Notes: generated by a model from the sequence alone, not told the origin. 64,000 nt of DNA from an uncultured delta proteobacterium (GCA_963735595.1 CAVTLK010000005.1:512001-576000); one strand, 5' to 3'; shown: positions 42,338-52,334, counted from the first letter of the stretch. Program-made: numbers and translations.

Positions 42338-43099
42338 ATGACGGAGCCAAAAAAGGTCTTTTCGCGGCCCAAAAGCCTCACCGATAAACCGTATCATTTC
42401 TGCCCCGGCTGCAACCACGGCATCATCCACCGCATCGTGGGGGAGGCGCTGGACGAATTCGACCTCGTCCCCCGGACGACCGCCGTTGCCTCGGTGGGCT
42501 GCAGCGTCTTTCTCTACGATTACTTTGCCATCGACGTGCTGGAGGCGCCCCACGGCAGGGCGCCGGCCGTCGCCACGGGCGTCAAGCGGTCGCAGCCGGA
42601 CAACATCGTTTTTACCTATCAGGGCGACGGCGACCTGGCCTCCATCGGGATGAGCGAGATCGTGCACGCCGCCAACCGCGGGGAGCCGATAACGGTGATT
42701 TTCGTCAACAATACCGTCTACGGCATGACCGGCGGCCAGATGGCCCCCACGACCATGCTCGGCCAGAAGACCACTACCTCGCCTTACGGCCGGGAGTATT
42801 CCCAGGACGGCTACCCGATCCGCATGGCCGAGATGCTTGCGACGCTGGAGGGCGCGGCCTTCGTGGCGCGCGTTGCCGTCAACAAGCCCAAGAACGTCAT
42901 CGCCGCTAAGAAGGCGATCAAGAAGGCCTTCAGGATGCAGATAGAGGACATCGGTTTTTCGTTCGTCGAGGTCCTGTCCACCTGCCCTACCAACTGGCGG
43001 ATGACGCCCAAGGAGGCGGCGTGGCGGGTGGAGGAGGAGATGGTGCCCTATTTCCCGCTGGGCGTTTTTAAAGAGCGGACGATGTCTGACGTTATGTAA
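42338..43099 (+). CDS. 2-oxoacid:ferredoxin oxidoreductase beta subunit
   Basis: [41 protein letters not shown] and CPTNW motifs. Confidence 0.95.
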   Translation: MTEPKKVFSRPKSLTDKPYHFCPGCNHGIIHRIVGEALDEFDLVPRTTAVASVGCSVFLYDYFAIDVLEAPHGRAPAVATGVKRSQPDNIVFTYQGDGDLASIGMSEIVHAANRGEPITVIFVNNTVYGMTGGQMAPTTMLGQKTTTSPYGREYSQDGYPIRMAEMLATLEGAAFVARVAVNKPKNVIAAKKAIKKAFRMQIEDIGFSFVEVLSTCPTNWRMTPKEAAWRVEEEMVPYFPLGVFKERTMSDVM

Positions 43100-43213
43100 A
43101 GGAACCACCCACGGAATACGGAGTTTTCCGTGGGGCCCGGTTAGAAGAGAGGAGTACGACAACAGCGCTTCCGGCTCGGGCAGGTTACATAGGCACTTAT
43201 AAGGTATCCTTTA

Positions 43214-43771
43214 ATGTACTTTGACACAACGATGGCCGGGTTCGGCGGCCAGGGAATCATGCTCATCGGTAACCTCTTCGCCTACGCCGCGATGGAGGAG
43301 GGCAGGCAGGTCACCTACATGCCCACGTACGGCGTGGAGATGCGGGGCGGCACCGCCAACTGCACCGTCGTCATTTCCGACACCGTCATCGGCTCGCCCA
43401 TCATAGGCCACCCGATGAGCGCTATCGTCATGAACCGGCCGAGCCTCACGCGATTCGGGCCCACCGTCAAAGAGGGGGGACTGGTGCTCATCAACGAATC
43501 GCTGATCCCGGACTCCCTCGAATCCCGGCCGGACCTCAGGCAGGTCCGAGTCCCGGCCAACGATATCGCACAGAAGCTGGGCAGCGACAAGATGGCCAAC
43601 ATGGTGATGCTCGGCGCGTTCCTCGAGCTGATCGGGGTCGTTCGGCCCCAGTCGATTTTCGATTCCTTCTCGCACGTGCTGGACGAACGGTACCACCGCC
43701 TCATTCCCAAGAACGTCGAGATGATCACTGCGGGCATTGAATTTGCCGCCAACAACGGGGGAAAGCCATGA
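43214..43771 (+). CDS. 2-oxoacid:ferredoxin oxidoreductase gamma subunit
   Basis: AGFGGQG, PTYGVEMRGGTANC, IGSP and NMVMLGA motifs. Confidence 0.95.
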   Translation: MYFDTTMAGFGGQGIMLIGNLFAYAAMEEGRQVTYMPTYGVEMRGGTANCTVVISDTVIGSPIIGHPMSAIVMNRPSLTRFGPTVKEGGLVLINESLIPDSLESRPDLRQVRVPANDIAQKLGSDKMANMVMLGAFLELIGVVRPQSIFDSFSHVLDERYHRLIPKNVEMITAGIEFAANNGGKP

Positions 43772-44343
43772 CCGAAGACCTCAAGGTAGGTGAAAAGATC
43801 AAGCTCCTCAGGGAGAAGAAGAAACTCTCCCTGCCCGACCTCGCCCAGAAATCGGGCTTCTCATCGGCCATCCTCTCCCAGATCGAAAACCACATGATAT
43901 CCCCGCCGCTGGGCACGATTATCAAGCTTGCCAAGGCGCTGGAAGTGGAGCCGGGCTATTTCTTCAAGGAAAAACCGAAATCCCCCTACGTGATCGTCAG
44001 GAAAGACGAGCGTGTTTCGGTCTCGCGGGTTGCCAGCAAGGAGGGGGTCAGCTACGGCTATTCCTATGAGTCGCTGGGTGCCGACAAGAAGGACCGTAAG
44101 ATGGAGCCCTTCATCGTGACGCTCGATCCCGAGTCGCTCAAGAAACCCGCCCAGTCCACCCACGACGGCGAGGAGTTTATCTTTGTCCTGGAAGGCGAGA
44201 TGGAGGTAACCCTGGGCGACCATTCGGACGTGCTTGCCGCCGGCGATTCGATCTACTACAGCTCGACCATCCCCCACCGGGTGGGCGCCAAGGGGGATTC
44301 CCCGGCCAAGATACTGGCGGTGCTTTACACCGGGGCAAAATAA
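43768..44343 (+). CDS. XRE-family regulator with cupin domain
   Basis: Helix-turn-helix with LSQIEN..SP; MEPFIV, HDGEEFIFVLEG and GDSIYY.S..PH motifs; ATGA overlap with the gamma subunit. Confidence 0.95.
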   Translation: MTEDLKVGEKIKLLREKKKLSLPDLAQKSGFSSAILSQIENHMISPPLGTIIKLAKALEVEPGYFFKEKPKSPYVIVRKDERVSVSRVASKEGVSYGYSYESLGADKKDRKMEPFIVTLDPESLKKPAQSTHDGEEFIFVLEGEMEVTLGDHSDVLAAGDSIYYSSTIPHRVGAKGDSPAKILAVLYTGAK

Positions 44344-44401
44344 ACAGAACCGGGTATATCCGCAGGGCCCCGGGCGTACCGTGGGGAGAGTCCTGGAATC
44401 A

Positions 44402-44436
44402 TGTCATTGCGAGCGACGTGGCGGACAGCAATCCCC
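44402..44436. repeat. Left half of the type A palindromic element
   Basis: TGTCATTGCGAGCG...GCAATCCCC; no right arm seen. Confidence 0.7.
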
Positions 44437-44521
44437 TGACTATGAGGTGCAGGCGCCGTATCGCATTGATAACCCGACGGTGCTGCTGCGAATCTAAGGC
44501 CGTCCATTAAAGGAACGAAGT

Positions 44522-45433
44522 ATGTGGATCAAGAAACCGGGACCGGTCACCGACCGGATTGTGCTTCTGGGCAGGGAAGAATCCTGCATCTATCTCGTGA
44601 AGGGGGTCAAGGGGGCTGATCACGCGATCATCGGCGGGGGGATGATCCATATCGTGCCGGAAGTGCTCTCCCAGCTCAAGACGTTCGGCATCGACGAGGA
44701 CGCGATCACCCGGCTCCTGGTGCTGCACACCCATTTTGACCACTGCGGCGCTGTGCCGGTGCTGCAAAAGCGGCTCAAAAACCTGAAGGTCTATACCTCC
44801 CCCCGCGGAAAGGATCTCCTGGCCAACCCGGACGTCGCGGCCCAGATCAAGGCCCTCAACGAGGGAATGATCGCCATGAACAAGATGGAAAAAGAGGCAC
44901 AGGAGTTCGGACTGGTCTTTGACGGCATCCGGGTGGACGGGGTCGTCTCGGGGGGCGACCGGGTCGAATGGGGGGGCAACGGCATCGAGATCATCGACGC
45001 GCCGGGGCATTCGTCCTGTTCCATCGCGGCGTACCTGCCGGCGGACAAGGCGCTCTTCGCGTCGGACGCCGGCGGCATCCCGTACGGCGACACGGTCTTT
45101 GCCGCCGGTAACAGTAATTTCACTCAGTTTCAAGAGACCCTCGAGAAATTTGCGGCCTACGACGTAGCGGTCCATCTCTCGGAGCACTACGGGGCGTTCA
45201 CCGGGGCCGAGGGGAAAGGCTTCATACACCGCGCGATCGCCGCGGCCAAGGATACCCGCGCGCTCCTGGAGGAATCATACACGAAGACGCGCGACATCCC
45301 GAAAAGCACCGTTGAGATCACCGATTCCATGATGGGCGGTAAGGGTGAGGGCTATTTCCTGCCCCGGCCGGTGGTGGAGATGGTGGTGGGCCAGATGCTG
45401 CGCCACATCGCCAAGACTATCGACGGGAAGTAG
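44522..45433 (+). CDS. MBL-fold metallo-hydrolase
   Basis: HTHFDHCG, APGHS, LFASDA and distal EHYG motifs. Confidence 0.92.
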   Translation: MWIKKPGPVTDRIVLLGREESCIYLVKGVKGADHAIIGGGMIHIVPEVLSQLKTFGIDEDAITRLLVLHTHFDHCGAVPVLQKRLKNLKVYTSPRGKDLLANPDVAAQIKALNEGMIAMNKMEKEAQEFGLVFDGIRVDGVVSGGDRVEWGGNGIEIIDAPGHSSCSIAAYLPADKALFASDAGGIPYGDTVFAAGNSNFTQFQETLEKFAAYDVAVHLSEHYGAFTGAEGKGFIHRAIAAAKDTRALLEESYTKTRDIPKSTVEITDSMMGGKGEGYFLPRPVVEMVVGQMLRHIAKTIDGK

Positions 45434-45775
45434 GATTCGGCCGGATAATAAGGGCTTATTGGATACCTGTAATGAAACCGTATACCGTACTGATATATAA
45501 CAACTGCCGGTGAGGCGCCGGTCCGGGGCCCGGGCGGTCCCGCGGCAGCGCTTCACCGATCGCTCCCGCCGGAAAGGGCTAACCATTCACACCCTCTCCG
45601 CGGTGGCGGAGAGGTCCGTGCACACAGATCCACAGATTCCCAACACCAGTATCGATTGTGGCCGGGCGGCACCGGACGCCGGCATGTCCGCGATCGCGGA
45701 TCATGCACGGGAAAAGACCGGGACGCAGATCCGCGTTTTTCTTCCCCGGACAATCATGAATAAAGGAGAGATACG

Positions 45776-46357
45776 ATGAAGATCGATGCGCGCGGGCTCG
45801 ACTGTCCCGAGCCCGTGGTCAAGACAAAACAGGCCCTCGGGATGATCGACGAGGGAACCGTCGAGATCCTCGTGGACAACGAGGGGGCCGTCGGGAACCT
45901 CCAGCGGCTCGCGCAGTCGCAGAAGCTTGCCTGTTCGGTCGTCAAAGAGGGGAAATGCTGGCGCGTGCGCGTCACCAAGGCGGGGTCGGACGCCGACGCG
46001 CCCGCAGTCTGCGCCCCTGCAGTCGGAGAGACGTTCCTGATCGTCGGTACCGACTCGCTCGGAAAGGACGAGGCGCTCGGGAAGGTCCTGATGATCCGGT
46101 TCTTCGAGACGATGGCGGCGGGTAATGACCTTCCCCATACGGTCTTTTTTCTCAACGCGGGGGTCCGCCTGACAACCACCGAAGACAGCGTCGTACCGCA
46201 GCTGCGTAAGCTCGCCGAAGAAGGCGTCAACGTCTTTTCGTGCGGCACCTGCCTGAAGTTCTATGAAATCGACAAGGAGCTTAAAGTCGGCAAGACCGGC
46301 AGCATAGACCAGGTGGTGGACGCCGTGACGGGGACGCTCCGGGTGGTGTGGGTGTAG
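45776..46357 (+). CDS. yedF: Sulfurtransferase-like selenium metabolism protein (TusA plus DsrE-like domains)
   Basis: DARGLDCPEPVV.TK, LG....LG..LM..F, F.NAGV.L and SCGTCL.FY motifs. Confidence 0.9.
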   Translation: MKIDARGLDCPEPVVKTKQALGMIDEGTVEILVDNEGAVGNLQRLAQSQKLACSVVKEGKCWRVRVTKAGSDADAPAVCAPAVGETFLIVGTDSLGKDEALGKVLMIRFFETMAAGNDLPHTVFFLNAGVRLTTTEDSVVPQLRKLAEEGVNVFSCGTCLKFYEIDKELKVGKTGSIDQVVDAVTGTLRVVWV

Positions 46358-46375
46358 GAGGGATAAAGCGGATGA

Positions 46376-46421
46376 GGGGTCGGGTCTTTGGATTATGACG
46401 TATATCCAAAGATCCGATCCC
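46376..46421. repeat. REP-like palindrome, GGGGTCGGGTCT type
   Basis: GGGGTCGGGTCTTTGGAT ... ATCCAAAGATCCGATCCC; related GGGGTCGGGT arms near 51932 and 54099. Confidence 0.7.
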
Positions 46422-46496
46422 GGAGCTTCCTGCGGCGTGGCGTTGCTCGTCTTCGGTTATAGGAATAGGTAGTATGTTCCTTAACCCACGATACCG

Positions 46497-48074
46497 CTAA
46501 ACGGTTCCCTTATCCTTTGCCGGTACGGTCGGGTAAAGCTCTTTGGAGCAATCAGGACAAATTCCGTGAGTAAAGTTGGCGTCGGAATGATCCCTGATGT
46601 ACTCCTCTATTTGATTCCAGTATCCCTTATCGTCCCTGATCTTTTTACATTTCGCGCAGATAGGCAATAACCCCGACAGCGTCTTGACCTTCTCGAGAGA
46701 TTCCTCCAATTGACGAATAAGCCGCCCCTTTTCCTCCTCTATTGTGTTCCGTTTGAAGGCAATCCCTATGCTTACGGCAATCCCCTCGAAGAAATCGATC
46801 ATCTCCGTCGTGAGCATGTCATTTCGTTTATCGTTCAATTGAAGAAGCCCTATTATTTCGCTCTCGGATCGAAGAGGGATGAGGGCAACCGATTCATATC
46901 CGTCGATGAAACAACGGCCCCTGAGGCCCGGGACGATCTTCTTCTTTGACAAGGCGTCAAGGTCGGGTTTGCCGTTCGTCCAGAAGCTCCCGTTCCTGGT
47001 ATAGTCCGGGAGTATATGATCTATCTTCCCGGAAATCACGCTACCGCACAGGCATTCCAAGGAAGGGGCGGCCTGTAAATCTCTGACTATTTCTCCCGAT
47101 TTATCGCGTGCGCAGAGATGCGTTTCAGCCTCAACGAAGCTTGCGTTAAATCCGCTTGTCTCGTAATAGGGGAAATCATCCCCTTCTTTCAGGCGTATTC
47201 CGACAGCGTCAAAACCGGTATAGTCCTTGATCAGGAGAAGGATGAGCATAATCCTGTCTTTCTTTTCGCCTACCTGGTTGAGCACCTCCAGTATCTCGAC
47301 CACCAGTCTCTGGCGGTCCTTTTCTCGCCTCCACTCGGTGATATCGCGTCCGATACCCTGTATCGATATGAGCTTCTCTTGAACGTCGTGCTTTGGAGTC
47401 AGCTGCAGCTCCAGCCAGAGTAACGTTCCGTCTTTACGCAATAAACGGAAGTCAATTAGGGGCGTCAGGTTATTCGTCTTTTCGAAGTAGTCTTTCACTT
47501 TTTGTTGGTCTTCCGGATGCACGATACTAAAAAAGAGATCTCTCCGGGCATAGAACTCTTCCGGACGGTAACCGGTGATACCAGTCGATGACGGGCTGAC
47601 GTAGTCAAACCCTCTCGTCGGTGAGAGGCGGTAGCGGAATATGAGGTCCCGTGCGCTTTCGGCCAGGAGCTTGAAGAGCTCCCTCGTCTCCCTGATCGAC
47701 TCATCGGTTATTTTTTTTGCGGTAGTGTCCCTCCTGGTCTCGATGATTCCCTTGATACCGCCGCCGTCGTCAAAGATCGGATACGCATGTATGGACCAGA
47801 CCCTGCCGTCGGGAGAGACAAACTCGTTTTCGCGGGGGGTTTTTACTTCGAGCGCTTCGGTCAGGGGACAACCCGGACAGATCTCGGACGCGCCGGAGAA
47901 GACCTCCCCGCACCGTTTTCCAACCAGCTCTTCGGAGGAGATACCGACCGATTGGCCCGCACATGTATTGGCCCAGAGTATTTTTCTGTCGGTGTCTATA
48001 TAGATGATGGATTCCGGTATGCCGTTAAGGATGACCTTTTCCAGGTCTATGATTTCTTTGGTTGTCTCTCGCAT
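46497..48074 (-). CDS. PAS-PAS-GAF sensor with C-terminal CxxC...HGICxxC domain and no kinase domain
   Basis: Two PAS/PAC blocks, a GAF block with YES..LIPL, then LSGLLPICAKCKKIRDDKGYW...FTHGICPDC; lower GC than flanks. Confidence 0.88.
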   Translation of the reverse strand: MRETTKEIIDLEKVILNGIPESIIYIDTDRKILWANTCAGQSVGISSEELVGKRCGEVFSGASEICPGCPLTEALEVKTPRENEFVSPDGRVWSIHAYPIFDDGGGIKGIIETRRDTTAKKITDESIRETRELFKLLAESARDLIFRYRLSPTRGFDYVSPSSTGITGYRPEEFYARRDLFFSIVHPEDQQKVKDYFEKTNNLTPLIDFRLLRKDGTLLWLELQLTPKHDVQEKLISIQGIGRDITEWRREKDRQRLVVEILEVLNQVGEKKDRIMLILLLIKDYTGFDAVGIRLKEGDDFPYYETSGFNASFVEAETHLCARDKSGEIVRDLQAAPSLECLCGSVISGKIDHILPDYTRNGSFWTNGKPDLDALSKKKIVPGLRGRCFIDGYESVALIPLRSESEIIGLLQLNDKRNDMLTTEMIDFFEGIAVSIGIAFKRNTIEEEKGRLIRQLEESLEKVKTLSGLLPICAKCKKIRDDKGYWNQIEEYIRDHSDANFTHGICPDCSKELYPTVPAKDKGTV

Positions 48075-48354
48075 CTTGGTCTTCCTCTCTTGGCGTGTGT
48101 TCAGGAACTCCCTTTGAATAATCTTTCTTAGCACATCAAATACATTATACACCATAATTGCGGCTCTGGTATCGGCGCTATCGTTAAAGATCGTGGGGGA
48201 TCTAATCGGGTATAGACCCGGTCCGGTAATCGAAGCCGGCGGCTAAGGGGCAACCGGCTATCTTAGCCTCCCGTGGCCGAGAGACATTTAGAAAGGGAAA
48301 CGGCGGGTGCAATCGCGTCCGAAGAAAGCGGACCTCTACAGTCCGCCCCTTCGC

Positions 48355-48414
48355 GGCGGTATCGACCGTGTGCTGGACGCTGTGATGGGGACGCTCCGGG
48401 TGGTGTGGGTGTAG
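48355..48414 (+). repeat. Stranded copy of the yedF 3' end
   Basis: 52 of 60 nt match 46298-46357, last 28 nt identical; GGIDRVLDAVMGTLRVVWV* versus GSIDQVVDAVTGTLRVVWV*. Confidence 0.95.
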
Positions 48415-48482
48415 CGAAGGATGAAGCAGGGGGGGCGAGGCGGCGTCGAAAAGAGGTTAGAGCCGGGCAATAGGCAAGCCGG

Positions 48483-49343
48483 TCAGTTGACGCCGAATAT
48501 CCTGGCGTCGCCGGGCACCTTTCGAATCCTCTTTATCGACCGAATATCGTCGTCCTCATAGCCCAGCTCGTAGGACCCTCCCCCTCCGTCGGGAAGCATG
48601 ATATAGACGAGGCCCCTGTCGTGGCGATAGTATCTGAAATAGCCGCTTCTGGTACCGTCCTTGAATACTAACTGGTAGACCCGCACCTCTTCCTTATCCT
48701 GCTCGTCACGGGACGTAATCCTTATCTGTATCAGGTTCCCGAGGAAGCCGCCGTCCCGGCTGTCGGTGGAGGCGCCGTCCCCCGACGCGGGCGAATTGAA
48801 CGTAATATCGATCTTCTTGTTAAGGAAGCCGTCCGGCGATTGCCTGCCCCGGTCGATTCCGTAAAACAGGAGAGACAGCGCCAGCAGGGCCAGGACGGCA
48901 CCGAGAACCCGCCTGACCCTTCGTCTCTTCAGGAATGTTCCCCACCCTTTGAAAACGGACCGGAATGATTGGCCGATCGCCTCCACGGAGTACTCGATGA
49001 ATCCCGGCTCCAGCTCTTCTTCAACGACCTGCCGGACGATATTCGCGCCGCAGCCGGGGCAGAGCACCATCTTCTTGTTCTCGGGCACCTTAATTTCCCC
49101 GCCGCAGTTTTCGCACCGTGCGCGGATGACCCTGGTATCCGTATCCACCGGGACCGGGCTGCTATTGCCTGCCGGTCTGCCCGGGGACGATCCTTTTGAT
49201 TTTCCGGCCGTTAACGATATAACGGGTTTCCTGATGAATATGCTTGCCCTGCACCTGGGGCAGGCAACGCGTTTGCCTGATTCGGGGATCAGGTCATCGC
49301 TGATAGACCCTTTGAATTTGCATACCGGGCATAATATATCCAA
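48483..49343 (-). CDS. Zinc-ribbon (MJ0042-like) membrane protein
   Basis: CPVC...IP..G..V.CPRC and CENC...CPGC ribbons, one transmembrane helix, C-terminal domain. Confidence 0.85.
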   Translation of the reverse strand: MDILCPVCKFKGSISDDLIPESGKRVACPRCRASIFIRKPVISLTAGKSKGSSPGRPAGNSSPVPVDTDTRVIRARCENCGGEIKVPENKKMVLCPGCGANIVRQVVEEELEPGFIEYSVEAIGQSFRSVFKGWGTFLKRRRVRRVLGAVLALLALSLLFYGIDRGRQSPDGFLNKKIDITFNSPASGDGASTDSRDGGFLGNLIQIRITSRDEQDKEEVRVYQLVFKDGTRSGYFRYYRHDRGLVYIMLPDGGGGSYELGYEDDDIRSIKRIRKVPGDARIFGVN

Positions 49344-49481
49344 TATGAGGCCTCAAACGAATATATAGTTGTATTTTACTATCATATTTTGCATAACCTT
49401 CCAACAACAAATACAAAATACATTGCGCCGAGACGCCGGGATCGGGCATCAAAAAAAGACGAACAGAATGCAAAAAAAAGC

Positions 49482-49517
49482 TTGACACGCATTCCATAAA
49501 TGAATATACTGTTCGCT
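49482..49517 (+). promoter_or_regulatory. Sigma70 promoter overlapped by a putative TetR operator
   Basis: TTGACA-17 nt-TATACT; AAATGAATATACTGTTCGCT (49498-49517) recurs at 50162. Confidence 0.8.
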
Positions 49518-49531
49518 ATTGAGGGCATCAC

Positions 49532-50146
49532 ATGATTCAGACGAAGAAGGACGACGTAAAAAAGAGGATCGAAGACGCGGCACTCGTCGTCTTTGCGGCG
49601 AAGGGTTTCGAGGGAACCACCATGGCCGATATCGCGCGCGAGGCGGGCCTGTCCGTCGGCAACATCTACCGTTATTACCGGAGCAAAGACGCGCTATTTT
49701 ACGCAGTGCTCTCCCCCGATTTCGTGTGCGACTTCACAAGCCAGATCGGCATGAAGATGAAGACGGCAGAGGGCGTTGAGCTGGACAAGGTCAAGGAGTT
49801 CCGCCCCATGCAGATTCGGGACGAGGCGTTGAAATCTTTTTTTGCCGATAACCGGCTGCGCATCGTCATCCTCTTCGTCCATGCGGCGGGCACGCAGTAC
49901 GAGGGGTTCAGGAAGGACCTGGTCAACTTCACCATCGACACCGCCCTCCGGTACCTGCACACGGTAAGCGGCAAGCCGCTTGACCTGACCCCGGCCAAGC
50001 GTCGGGTGCTCGCCCTCATCTACGACAACATGTACGGGGCCATCGCCGGCATCCTGACCCGGTTCGAGGGCAGGGACGATATCGCGGCGGCCTACGACTG
50101 CTTTTTCGACTATCACTATATGGGCATCGCGAAGTTTCTCAGTTGA
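49532..50146 (+). CDS. TetR/AcrR-family regulator
   Basis: AA..VFAAKGF..TTMADIAREAGLSVGNIYRYY.SK..L motif. Confidence 0.95.
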   Translation: MIQTKKDDVKKRIEDAALVVFAAKGFEGTTMADIAREAGLSVGNIYRYYRSKDALFYAVLSPDFVCDFTSQIGMKMKTAEGVELDKVKEFRPMQIRDEALKSFFADNRLRIVILFVHAAGTQYEGFRKDLVNFTIDTALRYLHTVSGKPLDLTPAKRRVLALIYDNMYGAIAGILTRFEGRDDIAAAYDCFFDYHYMGIAKFLS

Positions 50147-50161
50147 GTTTTTTTGTCTATA

Positions 50162-50181
50162 AAATGAATATAGTATTCGCT
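50162..50181. promoter_or_regulatory. Putative TetR operator, copy 2
   Basis: AAATGAATATAGTATTCGCT with palindromic core GAATA-tag-TATTC; 18 of 20 nt match copy 1. Confidence 0.78.
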
Positions 50182-50209
50182 TTTCGTTTCAGATCTTAAT
50201 GTGGGGGAA

Positions 50210-51317
50210 ATGGAGATGAAAGACAAACGGGAGAAGGGCCGGATGTGCGGTGTGGGGGGCGCCGACGTTAAGCGGGCGGGGGCGGCCGGGGCGTGCGGCG
50301 TGCGCGGTGGTGCGCCGGAGCCGTCCGGCAGTACGGCGAAGCGCGGTACAGCAAAGGGCGGCACGGGATTTAGCATACGGCCGATGCGCGCCGGCCACCG
50401 GCGGTCGCTCGACGCGGCCCTCAAGATGGGGCACTGCGCGCCGGCGGTGATGGCGGCGCTGATCGCCGACGGCGACCCCGGCCGGGAGAGCGCCGTTATG
50501 TTAGCCTCGGCGATGGCCGGCGGTATCGGCAACAGCGGCCGCGAGTGCGGCGCGCTGACCTCGTCGATCCTGTACCTGGGCGACCGGTACGGGGAAGGGG
50601 AAGGGGCCGGGCCGGGCGGGGTGCCGCTGTCGATCTCATTGTCACAGCGGCTGATCGACCGGTTCGGGGAGGTGCACGGCGGCATCCATTGCGAGGAGAT
50701 CAGGAAGGGCGGGAAAAACCCGCTGCCCTGCATGCGGGCAATGGTCAGCGCGCCGGAGCTCGTCCGGGAGGTCATCGGCGCCGACGTGACGCCCCCCGGC
50801 GATGCGTGCCCCGACTGCCATACCTCCGGCCTGCCGGCGGCTTGCGGGGAACGGCCGTTCCACTGTGTACGCCGCGTCTTTTCGGAGCTTTCCGGCATCG
50901 TCCCCGAGTGCGGGCGGCTGACGGATATGACCTACCCGTTCGTCGGCGGGTTCGCGCTCTCGGGCGGGACGTGCACGGCCGCCGCCGCGGGGGTGCTCGC
51001 GATAGGCCTTGCGACGGGCCGGATCGAGAACAGCTACCGCCGGGTCTTCGCGATGATGGCGAGGATGTTAATGGGCGGCGACATGATGGCCGACGATGTA
51101 AATAATTTCAACCCGGCCATAAACCGGGGCCAGGTGCTCATGGAGTGGTTTGCCGAAACGTATGGGAGCGTGCGCTGCGCCGACCTGACGGGGATCGATA
51201 TCCGGGAGCCGAAGCGGCCGGCCGCTACTTCTCCGAAGGCGGCATCGACCGCTGCGAGGCGATCGCCGCGGCGGTGGCGACAGAAGGCACAGGGAGATTA
51301 TCGGGGACCGGGGGTAA
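50210..51317 (+). CDS. C-GCAxxG-C-C family redox protein with two tandem domains, frameshifted near the 3' end
   Basis: HCAPAV, AGGIG..G.ECGA, F....G.IHC.EI, then HCV, GG....GGTC.A, YGSVRC.DLTG. Indels near 51209 and 51280-51290; start and stop uncertain. Confidence 0.75.
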
Positions 51318-51353
51318 GGTTGGGGCGGCAATGGGGCGGGTACGTCCCTCACC

Positions 51354-51446
51354 GTCATTGCGAGGAGCGGCAGCGACGAAGCAATCCCCTTGTTGTACGG
51401 TGACAGTCAGGGGATTGCCGCGCACCCTCCGGGTGCTCGCAATGAC
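51354..51446. repeat. Palindromic REP/RPE-like element, type A, copy 3
   Basis: GTCATTGCGAG...GCAATCCCCT / AGGGGATTGC...CTCGCAATGAC. Confidence 0.9.
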
Positions 51447-51521
51447 ATGAAAATGGATTAGCTTATTCAGGAGGTTTTCATGAAACGGGCGGCCTGAATG
51501 CCGGTGTGCGGATTTGAGGCG

Positions 51522-51605
51522 GAATTAAGGGGACATAATACTTAATTAATTGACCCTTAGCTTAAATTATAGAAATTGTAATTAAGTTTTGTGTCCCCTT
51601 AATTC
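51522..51605. repeat. MITE/REP-like element, type B, copy 2
   Basis: Perfect 14-bp inverted repeat GAATTAAGGGGACA/TGTCCCCTTAATTC; shares the internal TAAATTATAG with copy 1. Confidence 0.88.
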
Positions 51606-51636
51606 GTGAGATTTACCAAAACAAAGGAGAAAGACA

Positions 51637-51915
51637 ATGGAAAACAAGGAACTGTACGAGAGGGCCAAACGGCGTGTCAAGGCGCGGATGGGCTTTTACA
51701 CCCACCTGGGCATCTATGCCGCGGTGAACGTGGTGCTGTTTGCCGCCAACTGGAACGAGACGGGGACGTACGATTTGCGTGGTTCACCTGGCCGCTGGTC
51801 GGCTGGGGCATGTGCCTGACCTTTCATTTCCTTTCGGTATTCGTGTTCCGCGGCGGGATCACCGAGCGGATGATCCAGCGGGAGATGGAGAAAGAGGCGA
51901 AGGGTAGGGAAGTAG
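51637..51915 (+). CDS. 2TM-domain small membrane protein, frameshifted
   Basis: YERAKRRV....GFY.HL..Y..VN then, after adding one T at GATTTGCG, FAWFTWPLVGWG..L..H..VF; stop position inferred from the duplicate at 54028. Confidence 0.82.
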
Positions 51916-52000
51916 GGAATGAGGGCAGGAAGGGGTCGGGTTCTTGGTATGAATGGATTAGAACCGGAGATTCGGCACCCGGCTTCTCCTGTTCCTCGTA

Positions 52001-52029
52001 AAAAAACGGCGGCATTTGCCGCCGTTTTT
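52001..52029. terminator. Bidirectional intrinsic terminator
   Basis: AAAAACGGCGGCA-tt-TGCCGCCGTTTTT between convergent genes. Confidence 0.85.
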
Positions 52030-52082
52030 CTTACCTGCACCGATCACTTCCATCCGTTCCGGGTTTCTCGACAGTACTTCTG

Positions 52083-52334
52083 CTAGAACCCGCTGCCGAA
52101 TCCCGATCCGCCGGAGTTGTCGTGGAAGTTGTTGTTCATATCCCCCGGGACCGCGCCGCTCCCCGGCAGGGTCGCCGCGCCGTTGTTAGAATTCCCAAAA
52201 TGGCTGGAGTCCGAAGCAGCGGGGGGGGGCGGAGGCGGCGGCGGCGGAGGCGGATCCATGGAAACGGCGAAAGCAAACGCCGCGAGTAAGGAAACTGCCG
52301 TAAGGGCAAAGAATAAAATTCGTAAAGCTTTCAT
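52083..52334 (-). CDS. Small secreted poly-proline, Gly/Asn-rich protein
   Basis: AAGGAG ribosome-binding site, signal peptide ending AFA, run of 11 Pro, terminator downstream. Confidence 0.75.
   Translation of the reverse strand: MKALRILFFALTAVSLLAAFAFAVSMDPPPPPPPPPPPAASDSSHFGNSNNGAATLPGSGAVPGDMNNNFHDNSGGSGFGSGF

Noticed and set aside
45500..45600. CCGGTGAGGCG upstream of yedF resembles part of tRNA-Sec
   Set aside because: No UCA anticodon loop, T arm or acceptor stem.
48249..48330. Minus-strand GCCACGGGAGGCTAAGATAGCCGGTTGCC resembles the 3' end of a c-di-GMP-I riboswitch
   Set aside because: The 5' half (GGCAAA, GNRA stem, CGCAAAG) is missing, and a promoter-like TATAAT lies between it and the gene.
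50210..51317. Selenocysteine in the C-GCAxxG-C-C protein
   Set aside because: The motif positions are Cys codons and no in-frame TGA is present.
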